A DNA stretch of 64,000 bases from Prorocentrum cordatum (lineage: Eukaryota): the NCBI GenBank assembly GCA_963575745.1, contig CAUYUJ010000070.1, positions 248,001 through 312,000 on the forward strand. The letters run 5' to 3'. Shown here one piece after another: positions 26,301 to 35,147 of the stretch. The stretch's first letter is position 1, and every line of letters begins with the position of its first letter. The notes beneath the pieces were generated by a model. That model did not search any database. It saw only the letters and a list, made by a program, of their open reading frames with translations, and was not told the origin of the DNA. The position numbers and the translations under genes were made by a program.

Positions 26301-27922
26301 CCACAGAACTTCTTGTTCGCAGGTTGGGCTGGTATCGCAGCTGGGCCCTTCGCCCAGAGTCTCACACGCAGGAGTTGTGCTTGCTTTTCGGCACGATGCC
26401 ACTTGATCCAGGAGGTACAGCGCTCTCTGGTAATCAAGTTTTGTTGTCTCAGGCGTCCCCATGGCTCGTTCGGCTACAGGAAGACTTTCAACAGGCCGCC
26501 GAGCGGATGGACGAGGGACAGATCTGCGCGCACATTGCGCGATTCCCTGGAAAACTCATCAGTAAGGAAACGATGTCGACTCTTGCTCGACTAGACTTCA
26601 CGGAGATCAGATCCAGGGAGTTGTCGGTCACGTTTTCCCCGACCTATGGAGAGGCTCCGCTCGACAGGGGCCCCGAGGCTGAGGACCCCCTTGAAGTCCC
26701 TGAACATCCTTGGAAGTGCGACTGGGAGGAGGAGGAGGGGCACATATGCGAACGGGGCTTTCAAACTAAACGAGACCTGCTAAACCATATGCGTCGAGTT
26801 CATCAAGTACATAACTTATGTTCGTCAATTACACCAACAAACACCTGTATTGTATGCCGTCGAGTCTTCGGGTCGCAGGGCAATGCATACAAACATCTAC
26901 AACGGGCTGTCTTGGCGGGGAGGTGTCCTGCTCGTGGTACTTCGACGCTTCGACAGGTCCAAGTCCCAGGAAGCTTCGATTGTAAGAAATGTGTGTACAA
27001 GGCGGGTGGGCTCGATGATCTCTGTAGCCATTTGGCTGAGTGTCATCTTCCACGGACGGTTGAAGCTAACCTCCCTCCCGAGCAGAGAGTTGTTGACGAT
27101 GCCAGTGGAGGGGGAAGAGAAGCTGGACGTTCCAGAGTGGATGCTGGCCCCATCATCAGAAGGGGGACCCGCCAAGCACCGTCGAACCGCAGGCAAAAAG
27201 GGAGACCTCGGCAAGCTCGCGGGTTCCACGCTGTCGCAGCTCGTCATGATTCTCGCCAAATTGGTATTATCGGACAGTCGGCAGCTGGCCGAGTTGACGG
27301 CCGCAGTGCACAGAACGTTCGACCTCGACGCAGGCACGGGCTTGGCATCAGCAATGGAAGAAGCAGGACAGGGGTACAACGACGTATCAAAAAGCCTCAA
27401 AGAAAAGGCGGCAAAGGGCGATCAGGTCAACTGGAAAGCAAGGGGGCCACCATTCGTGCAGATATTTATGGCATCTATGCTATGGGCAGCGCAGCAGGCG
27501 GACAAGAAGGATGCCCCAGTGCGGGCGAAGGAGTTCAAGCTCTTGTGGACGGACAAAATCAGCAAGATGAAGATGGCCGACGTGGGGGAGGTGGTACTAC
27601 ATTGGCAGTGGAAGAGGAACAGGGGCAAGCAATCCGAGGGCGAGAACAACATGGGGAGGATCATTTTCGCGATCGACACATCCCGCCCGTTCGGCCTGGC
27701 CCTGGCAGAGTACGTAGAGAAGATGCTCGCGGGGCTCGGCGCGGAGAGGAAGATCGGACCAGCCCCCCGCGGGCCGCTCGAGAGGGATGCAAGCAAGTTG
27801 CTGGCAGAACTGAAGGAGTCGTAGTGAGAAGCAGGAGTGAGCAGAGCGTGAGTTTAGATAGGCCGTCTCAGCCGAGTAGCAGTGGCGATTCAGGGCGGCC
27901 TAGTCAGGCCGAGTTTTTTTAA
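23333..27922 (+). CDS. AP-endonuclease / reverse transcriptase / 3x zinc-finger polyprotein (1529 aa from ATG 23333)
   Basis: APE motifs: LRVLGFNP, DLVLLAGTQ, STGCAI, YVDLND, IDYLF, DHVPL. RT motifs: K..KPG..GRRTVHVL...GK, HGF.RGR, KDMTNAF, GGTMGGP, YADD (25712-25723), GYAQNVSKQ, RYLG, and RTE/L2-like EVRRRIQATAEAYYSL. Fingers: C-x9-C-x12-H-x4-H, C-x2-C-x12-H, C-x2-C-x12-H-x4-H (~26717-27046). Confidence 0.93.
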   Translation: MVRPLGQWALRVLGFNPLCATGTRMQEIVQSCANMDLVLLAGTQRSHRRVEEVLTTRVQHRLILEAEATTSQFSNKSTGCAIILGSKFSEKHVRQVWASPPEAGGRAVAARIRRGPLDLAAVAMYLPPQPKYAAEQPQYMATVKLIGSWYENILQSLPCRCIPLVYVDLNDGQGISRISGKWTSIESTAVGEGRCREQRRGGAGEVFRLINQRQHMFAMNTMKNKLEHTWYGAKGVSSCIDYLFLPTGMIDMVSRCSPLFGLGAELQAYRGPPPRDHVPLYVELQGMQPLEREANSTETRTRWNLDDMMRCLRKGHRRGEFLSAVEASLNESEDTWRAMLSMGRPDEIFKHMEDTLVKVGQQHFGHHVSSDLLHRQEASERAELLRERARLRRSRVGMNEEDEALAECESRLAQLSQKLRRRRQHFARVRQQGLLEEIEEAWGRRHMAEAMRLSRAAAHCRYGPKRRDGRLLRGGHLTSEVLINHWSQAGCEGGMSASVIPDYEEWLGSFPPGPIPYISAEDCILAEEDKQRVTKYFRSATKRRAVPTGTTPAELWLLCLRPMANISTEGQCLGFQQEFPEMNLFGKILEGGLRVIRATNRTPMRWHCSSGAHLRKNAKPGPSGRRTVHVLSTFGKAFYSDLLCAPPMLIEHGFCRGRRREDAILVVQLLSWRLRRAGHSFACTYKDMTNAFACGSWEELTNTVNLHAAPENIDLCIQRFKSSVVRLESLEGGVYLKSGEGGTMGGPYVVALFRGTFSRPIMKWLWRLRQIDPHAKELIAHWKELRADVGTSVYADDFFRAHVAANFSTVGEFLSVLREADEALSEELQEYGYAQNVSKQELQLCFQGPGAVKCRQWVRGAGRSSISGEVQEDVRYLGPRINLQQTACIEVRRRIQATAEAYYSLGQVWSLSVPFRWKRTLFLSFVQNAALTGLEPMLLTAKHYRELDALIARYGRRAMQGKAVISKEEGKMRTLTNKQVMQHWRLASSATELLVRRLGWYRSWALRPESHTQELCLLFGTMPLDPGGTALSGNQVLLSQASPWLVRLQEDFQQAAERMDEGQICAHIARFPGKLISKETMSTLARLDFTEIRSRELSVTFSPTYGEAPLDRGPEAEDPLEVPEHPWKCDWEEEEGHICERGFQTKRDLLNHMRRVHQVHNLCSSITPTNTCIVCRRVFGSQGNAYKHLQRAVLAGRCPARGTSTLRQVQVPGSFDCKKCVYKAGGLDDLCSHLAECHLPRTVEANLPPEQRVVDDASGGGREAGRSRVDAGPIIRRGTRQAPSNRRQKGRPRQARGFHAVAARHDSRQIGIIGQSAAGRVDGRSAQNVRPRRRHGLGISNGRSRTGVQRRIKKPQRKGGKGRSGQLESKGATIRADIYGIYAMGSAAGGQEGCPSAGEGVQALVDGQNQQDEDGRRGGGGTTLAVEEEQGQAIRGREQHGEDHFRDRHIPPVRPGPGRVRREDARGARRGEEDRTSPPRAAREGCKQVAGRTEGVVVRSRSEQSVSLDRPSQPSSSGDSGRPSQAEFF
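27099..27824 (+). CDS. 241-aa hypothetical protein, second ORF of the retrotransposon, nested in the +1 frame 3' of the RT
   Basis: ATG at 27099, TAG at 27822-27824. Balanced helical-protein composition (LSQLVMILAKLVLSDSRQLAELTAAVH; AMEEAGQGY; RGPPFVQIF; IGPAPRGPLER), whereas the overlapping RT frame becomes Arg/Gly-rich. Confidence 0.75.
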   Translation: MPVEGEEKLDVPEWMLAPSSEGGPAKHRRTAGKKGDLGKLAGSTLSQLVMILAKLVLSDSRQLAELTAAVHRTFDLDAGTGLASAMEEAGQGYNDVSKSLKEKAAKGDQVNWKARGPPFVQIFMASMLWAAQQADKKDAPVRAKEFKLLWTDKISKMKMADVGEVVLHWQWKRNRGKQSEGENNMGRIIFAIDTSRPFGLALAEYVEKMLAGLGAERKIGPAPRGPLERDASKLLAELKES

Positions 27923-28438
27923 ACTCCTGGCAGCGTAGGGGCCATCCAAGGGGAAGCTCCTGGCCGTTCGAGGGTCGCCCGACCGAATTTTTTATGCAGC
28001 TTGCAGCAACTGAGGGGTGGTGTTAGGCTAGTCGAACTAATTGCAAGAGGCAGCGTCAGTGCAGATATTTTGGACCCGAGCCCCACCCCTGTCCCATCAG
28101 CCTATAACCCCGAGATAGCGACCACCCCCACCATCCAGAGGGAAGGAGGCACGCGAAGAGGGAGAGGCAGGAAGGGGAAGGGCAAAGGAAAGGGCAAGGG
28201 TCGGTAGCAGTTCTCATTGGTCCCCACCAGTGGGCCCCTCGTTAGGCTGCGTGCCGAATTCGGGGGTGCCCACAGGGGCGGTGCGGCGTCCGTCGAGAGC
28301 CACGGGCCGCGCTGGATGGTTTGGCGGCATTAAGTTTCGCCCCCCAGAGTTCATCCTGCCCCACCCAGCTAGGCAGTCAGCTTGGCAGGCGATAAGCAGC
28401 AGCAGACGAACTCCCACGGGCCTGATCCTGATCCTGAT

Positions 28439-29108
28439 CCTCCTCGACCTATCCTCCTCCCTCCTCCTCCTCCTCCTCCTCCTCCTCCTCCTCCTCCTCT
28501 CCCTCCTCCTCCTCCTCCTCCTCCTCCTCCTCCTCCTCCTCCTCCTCCTCCTCCTCCCTCCTCCTCCCCCCTCCTCCTCCTCCTCCTCTCTCCTCCTCCT
28601 CCTCCTCCTCCTCCTCCTCCTCCTCCTCCTCCTCCTCCTCCTCTCCTCCTCTCCTCCACAGCGAGGCCCACGGCGCGGACGTGCCCGCGCGAGGCCCACG
28701 GCGTGAGCGCCCCCGTGTCCAGTGCTGGCGTGCCGTGCTGGCGGCCCGCGTGCGCCACCACGCGGAGGCCGAGGGGGAGCGGAGGAGGAGGAGGAGGAGG
28801 AGGAGGAGGAGGAGGAGGGAGGAGGAGGAGGAGGGAGGAGGAGGAGGAGGAGGAGGAGGAGGAGGAGGAGGAGGAGGAGGAGGGGGAGGAGAGGAGAGGA
28901 GGAGGGGAGGAAGAGGAGGAGGAGGAGAGAGAGGAGGAGGAGGAGGAGGAGGAGGAGGAGGAGGAGGAGGAGGAGGAGGAGGAGGAGGAGGGGGGAGGAG
29001 GAGGAGGAGGAGGAGGAGGAGGAGGAGAGGAGGAGGAGGAGGAGGAGGAGGAGGGGGAAGGAGGAGGAGGAGGAGGAGGAGGAGGAGGAGGAGGAGGAGG
29101 AGGAGGAG
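28439..29108. repeat. (CCT)n 28439-28657 facing (GGA)n 28781-29108
   Basis: Read directly. Complementary tracts separated by ~120 bp. Confidence 0.95.
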
Positions 29109-29330
29109 TGCGCGCGCCGCGAGGCAGAGTCGCCGTGCCCTCGTGCGCGAGGCCCGCCTCTTCTCGTCGCTCGCGTGGGCAGTGGCCGCGTCCCGGCCGT
29201 GGCGGCGCGTGCCTCTGCCGGCCTGCCCCGACTCACGGCCTGGGCTGCCCGAGCGGAGGGTGAATCTCAAAGGGCGACGGCACACGCCGGTCGTTGGAAG
29301 GAGGTGTTCTTGGATCCCCAGATCCCTATC

Positions 29331-29559
29331 TGCAGAGCCCCGAATCATCAGGGGTAACTCGGGTCAGGGCTAACTCGGGTTCGTTTTTCGGGAATCCGAA
29401 CCCGACTTACCCTGGACCCGACTTACCCCGGATAATTCGGGCGTCCAGAGCCCCGAATCATCAGGGCAACTCGGGTCAGGGCTAACTCGGGTTCCTTTTT
29501 CGGGAATCCAAGCCCGAGTTACCCCGGACCCGAGTTACCCCGAATAGTTCGGGCGCCCA
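29331..29559. mobile_element. Tandem dimer of a ~113-bp palindromic element, TG...CA ends
   Basis: Two units of GCCCCGAATCATCAGGG.AACTCGGGTCAGGGCTAACTCGGG...CCCGA.TTACCC.GGACCCGA.TTACCCCG...TTCGGGCG. Flanks CTATC/ATATC. Confidence 0.75.
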
Positions 29560-29879
29560 ATATCTGCTTCAAGCGCCTTCCTGCTTCCAGAGTCGGCACG
29601 CTTTTGCTGTGTTGTGTTGTCCTCTGGGAGGGCCTGGGCCCAATCCACTTCATCCGCCCTCCTACCTCATGTTCTTACCTGCTTCTTCCGACCGACGTGT
29701 AGGGGCGAACAGCCCAGGGGAGAGCAATACATGCATTCCAGTGCGCCGGTGATCTATGTCTTCGCGAAGGCTCCCGGGCGAATGTTACGTGTAATGTCCG
29801 CCCCTGGGCTATTCGCCCCTGTCGTCGCCGCCGAGGCTCGCGCTGCCGTGCCACAGGCTCGGAGCCTGGGAGGAAGGGC

Positions 29880-30037
29880 TCGGAAAGAAACACACAGACA
29901 CAATTAATCGTCGATTTCCCAGAAAATATGGGAAAATATGGGAAGTGGGGGGGAAGACAAAAACCCAGAACATATAGGAAACTATAGGGAATCCTTTGAT
30001 TTGTGTGTATTTCTTTGTGTGTCCCAGGCCCCCTTCA
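29880..30037 (+). mobile_element. MITE family A, copy 5 (5' end eroded)
   Basis: Body and CCCCTTCA end are conserved. No TSD. Confidence 0.8.
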
Positions 30038-30242
30038 CATGTGCAGCATGGCCAGGGCAGGTGCACAGTGGGGAAGCGGGGGGAGGGAGGGAGCCGAGGA
30101 GCGGGGCGGATGGGGGGGCCAGAGAGCCGACGTCCCCAACCGTTCCCTCCAGTCCCGGGGCCCTGCGAGGAGGAGAGCCTCCGCGTCCCATGCGTCCGTG
30201 GCGTTGGAGGTCCGGCCGAGCTGGATCATCACCCACCAAAAC

Positions 30243-30435
30243 TCGGGGGCGGAAAAGAGGGGGGTGATGACTGGGGGGTGTGGATATCATGGCGTGGGCT
30301 ATGATATTTCCCCAGATCTCATGGCGCCTCTTCTTATTTCAATACGTCCCTGGCACCCCCGCTGGGCCGCGCACATGCCGCCGGTCATGATTTGCACCCC
30401 CCCCCTCTTGGACACCCTCCTCTGGCCGCTCCCGA
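30243..30435 (+). mobile_element. MITE family C, complete copy (193 bp), TSD AAAAC
   Basis: AAAAC|TCGGGGGCGGAAAAGAGGGGGGTG...CACCCTCCTCTGGCCGCTCCCGA|AAAAC. Confidence 0.85.
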
Positions 30436-31242
30436 AAAACGCCCCAACCCAACCCGAAGGCCACAATTTGCCCTCCTTTTACAGTGGGGGGGGGGGGGCG
30501 TCGGGGAGCATTGGGAAAACGCATCTGGAACCCGTCCCTCAGGTCACCCACCCCAAAAAATTCTGGTCTTCGGGTCAGGTTGGGGTGGTCTGGTGGATAG
30601 TAGAGAGTCGTTGAAGGGGGAGGGAGGGGGCGAGTGGGAGGCGGAGGGGAGCAGACGGGAGCGCCCCCCCCCCCCCCCCGCGCATCGCCAGGCGCCCCGC
30701 CCACGCGGCCGCGGTCGCCGTGCCGCGGCGGCGCGCCGAGGGGTCAGGCGAGCGCGGAGCGGGAGGGGGCAGAGACGGGGAGGGGCGAGCAGGGAGGGGA
30801 TGCGTCTTGGGTTTGCACTGGTCCGCCTCCTCCTCCTCCTCCTCCTCCTCCTCTTCCTCCTCTTCCCCTTCCTCCTCCTCCCCCTCCCCCTCCTCCTCCT
30901 CCTCCTCCACAATTTCTCTATATGAAAATATTCTCCCTCTTCCCCTGATGGCGTCCGGGTGATGGCCGCGCACCCTCCGCGTATTGTTTTTTTACACACA
31001 GGATTCCCGGGAAATCCCGGGAAACGACTCTCGCTGAGGCGCCAGCGTATTTTTTTTTCCAAAATGCTGCTCTCGTTGAGGCGCCGGCCTCATTTCTGCT
31101 CCCGAATCGTTCCGAATCGTGCTCCCGCTGCAGCGTGGGCCTCATTTTCGGATCGGTGTTTGGCCTCCGTCGTTCAGGATGGCGTTCTCGCCCCAGCGCG
31201 GGCCTTTTTCTCGCGCGCCCATCCGCCCGCCACCACCGCGCC

Positions 31243-31465
31243 GCACCACCACCACCACCACCACCACCACCACCACCACCACCACCACCACCACCATCAC
31301 AACCACCACCAGCACCAGCACCACCACCAGCACAGCACCAGCACCACCACCACCACTACCACCACCACCACCACCACCACCACCACCACCACCACCACCA
31401 CCACCACCACCACGACAACCACGCACACACGCACGCACGCACGCACGTGCACCACCACCCACTAC
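31243..31465 (+). repeat. (CAC)n microsatellite
   Basis: Read directly from the sequence. Confidence 0.95.
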
Positions 31466-34327
31466 GCACGCGCGCGCGGAGCCACAGGTCCGCTACGACA
31501 CGCGTCCGCGGATAGAGAAAATCAGCGCCATGGTAAGGGATGGGAGGGAGGGGTAGGACGTCAGATATGACGCGAGCGCACCTAGCTTGTCCTCCTCCCC
31601 CTCCTCCCCCTCCTCCCCCTCCTGGAGCCCGAAGGCGTCCCGTACAATGCTCCTGGCATCGCTCGCGCGTGTGCGTTGCATGTTTTTCTTTCCACGGGGA
31701 CCATCGAGGAGCAGCTCGGATCCATCTGCGGACCGAGAAGTGCCTGGGGAGTGGGCATCCGAGCGATGGCAGGTGCTGGGCGCACCATGGTCCCGGAGCC
31801 GACACTGCGCGAGCGTCGCGGGCAGGTGGACGCAGTGGGCGCGCTTGCTTGGTGCAGGGCCGCGTCACCACGCCGAACAGAGCGACGCGAAACGAAGCGA
31901 CACGAACTGCGCCACGTCAGGAGGGGATGGGCTCAGAGGGGGGATGCACCTGCCCCCAGTCGGAACGTTTTTTATTCCTTGCTTTGCCGATCGCCGCGGG
32001 CCCCCACACCCCCCTCCCCCTCCCCCTCCCCCACGCAGTAGATCTTGGCTTTTTTCGGGGGGCGCCTGTTTCGAGCGTGTGGTGTTTCCGTGCGTTTCCC
32101 CCAGAGGAGGCCGCACTCTTGCAGACAGTCGCACCAAGCAGAGGTCCGGAGCCAGACCCCGGCCCTCCCCGCCCCCTTCCGCCCAATATCGAAGCGCCGA
32201 GTTAACAAAAAACGCTCACACGTGATCGCTAATGCGGGCCGGATCTCCCAGGAGCTCGCGGTTTCGCTATCGAGAGCCAGCGCCGGCCTATCGGCGATGC
32301 ATCGCCGAGTCCAGGCCGACGCTTCCCCCCAGAGCCGGTGCCCCACCTCAACGTTCCCGCTCGGGGGAAACGCGAGGAAGGGTTTCAAGAAGTGGCCATG
32401 TTGGCTTGCCTGTAGGCCCACCAAAGAATGTTCCAACAACCTTTTGTGCTCTGCGCGACATGCTCCTAGACCACGTCTGGTCGATATTGTCTTGTCTGAA
32501 GACACATCGAGTTTATGTTCTAAGAACATTGGTTTGGGTCTTAGAACCCGCAGCTTGGGGTTCTAAGAACTTTCCGTGGTAGGCCTATAGGAATGCCAGG
32601 ACGGTCGGTCCTTGCTCAAGGTTTATCCAGAGGGTGTAGTGTCGCTGGGATCCCCGTTCACCACGACGCGGCTCCATTTCACGCGACGCGTTCGCTGCAC
32701 TGTGTAGGATGAGCGCCCGTCTTGGTTGCCGACGCCAACAATTGTCTGGCCGACTTTCCTATCCGTCGGGAACTGCTTCTGTGCAGTGGGCAGTATGCTC
32801 GTGCTTCACAGAAGTCTTCACGCAGCTCTGCGTGTTCCCTTGATCGGAGAAGGGTCTCGATGCTTAACGCATCTTAGTCACGGAGCGTTCAATCGGCGCG
32901 TAGCGTTTTTATTTATATATATGTGTGTATTTGTCGGCCGCCCATAGCTCCGCAGCAGACACAGCCGTCCCTTCAACAGCTGACGAGAGTACTGGCAGTA
33001 AGAGCACACTGTCTTCTTCAGAGCAGCACAATCCGAGCACTTGTCCCATCCGAGCACTCGTCTCATTGCGCAGGGTTCTCCTTTTACTAACAGCGTTGCC
33101 AGGAGACAGTGTGGATATGTCTTCAGAGGCACAAAGTGTTGCGGACGAGATGGGGAGAGGGGAATTGATGGCGCAGGGCGAGGAGGCAGAGAACCATAGT
33201 ACATATTGGAGGCTTGATCCACGTGTGTGCGAAGCAGTTCTTGTGGCTCTCCTCCGCAAGGTAATGGCGGGTCTATTGTGGATCAGACGGCGGATGGCCG
33301 CATGCTGTTGCTGTTGGAGGGCCCGTATCGCACAGGCGCCATGGGGAAACAGCGGCATGTCGGAGCTGTAAGAATGCGTTGCTGGATAATTGTAGATTGG
33401 TTAACTCTTGGCCCGTCTGACGCCTTCGGAGGCAGTTTGTCAGGGCCTCTCTGGGTCATCCTGGTGCTCTCCTGGGGCGTTTCGGGGCCGTCTTGGGGCC
33501 ATCTCGGGAGCCACTCGGGCGATTGGTGGATCCTTGTGGGCCGACTTCGGGCCCTCTTGGGGGCCTCTTGGGCTTTCTTGGAGCTATCTTGGAGGCATCG
33601 CTGGCAGTGATGGGCGGTCGTATACCCAAACAGGCGAGAGCCTCGAAATCAGTCAACGAGCTAAGGGCCATCAATTGTTTGCGCCTCCTCATGCTCTCGA
33701 GGAGGGCTTCTTGGAACCCTCTTGGGCCATCTTGGGGGCCTCTTGAGCCGTCTCGGGCCATCTTGGGCCGTCTTGGTGTCATCTTGGTTGCCGTGAAAAC
33801 CATCTTGGAGGCCATCTTGGCCGTCTGGAGGCCGAAAACAAAACTGGAGAGCAAATTCAGAAGGGGCGCCCCAGAACATTTTGAAACGTCTCTTGGGCAA
33901 CATATGCGATTTCTAACACGCCCTCTCCGTACAGGCACGGTTGCGGATATAAAGTCTGGTTCATAGTGCGAAACAGAATTGGTGGACTCCCTCACCCACC
34001 TTTTTCTACACATCTCGATCTCGGGTATCCCAACAGATTCAGACTGTTGGTCCAACGGCCCCTCGTGGGTGTCGAACGGCTTTTTTTTACGGGCATGTCA
34101 TATCATTCCTATGGGTGCCCCCTTTGATTCAAGTTCGTGACACCACGGCATATTTCTGGTACTCCAGTGGCTTCTGGTGGTAGCCCCACGGGCTTCCTGC
34201 CAAACTTGAGCAAACGTGGCCAGCGCACGGGGCGGCGACGAGGCGGCGACGGGCGGGCAGCGCGCTAAAAAATCGGAGCCGCTGGTCAGCTTCGCAATCG
34301 CACGAGTCAGAACATGGTGCCAGCATT

Positions 34328-34490
34328 TCAGGAGGGGAAAAAACACACAGACACAATTAATCGGCGATTCCCAGAAAATATAGGAAAGTATGGGAAGTGG
34401 GGGGGGAAGACAAAAAACCCAAACATATGGGAAAATATGGGGGATATTTTTATTTGTGTGTATTTATTTGTGTGTCCCAATTCCCCTTCA
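34328..34490 (+). mobile_element. MITE family A, copy 6 (163 bp), TSD GCATT
   Basis: GCATT|TCAGG...CTTCA|GCATT. Confidence 0.92.
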
Positions 34491-35147
34491 GCATTGTTTC
34501 TGGAACTGATGGCTGATGTTCACAGATGTCATTACGCGAATGGTTGGCTACGGCCGGGCGTTCGATCATACAACGGGAGCCAGCCCTGAGTGGTTGGGCC
34601 GGCCTGATGTCGTCCCGTCCCTTGGCGAGAAGGAGAGGGGAGGCGGAGCAGGAGGGCGGACGAACGAGGAGGGGGTGGAGGATGCGTGCAAAATCGGCAG
34701 ACAGCCTGGCCCTGACAGCCACCCGCATGGGCGATGTGTTGACGAGATGCGTTGCTGGGTGCGCTTCTCAGGTGTCCGCTCGAAGCCCTCACCGCCCAGC
34801 CTGGCCCAAAAGGGGCCCTTCTCGGGCCCAAGGGGCCCTGTCAGGCCCGAAGATGAGCACACCTCTCCCCCGCACTGATTGCCCCCCCCCGGTAACGCGC
34901 TCCCAAGTAGTGCAGGTCGGCGAGAGGGCGCGAAACGGACGGCGCTTCACGCGTCATCACGCGTCGCCCGGGGCGTCGCGCGAGGATGAGCGGCCCTGGC
35001 TTGAGACCGCTCTCGCGCTGCCAAGGGGAACGCGGAATGAGGAGCGAAGGGGCTTCTTTGGTCACGGCGAGCCTCGATCACGAGTACAGTAGGGGTCTTG
35101 AAGAAGGAACCCTTTTCGTTGGGGAGGGGCTCGGCGTTCCTTGATTG

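Larger units (their letters stand above)
23242..28443 (+). mobile_element. Apparently full-length non-LTR retrotransposon (RTE-like, APE-type) embedded in (CCT)n
   Basis: Complex, microsatellite-free ~5.2-kb block bounded by (CCT)n at ~23199-23241 and by (CCTGAT)3 plus (CCT)n from 28421. It contains an intact APE-RT-ZnF ORF. Ends are approximate. Confidence 0.9.

Noticed and set aside
32878..33371. Possible decayed transposase (CSDC...CSYC) for the MITEs
   Set aside because: Short, with no DDE pattern or TIR context. Cannot be assigned without a search.
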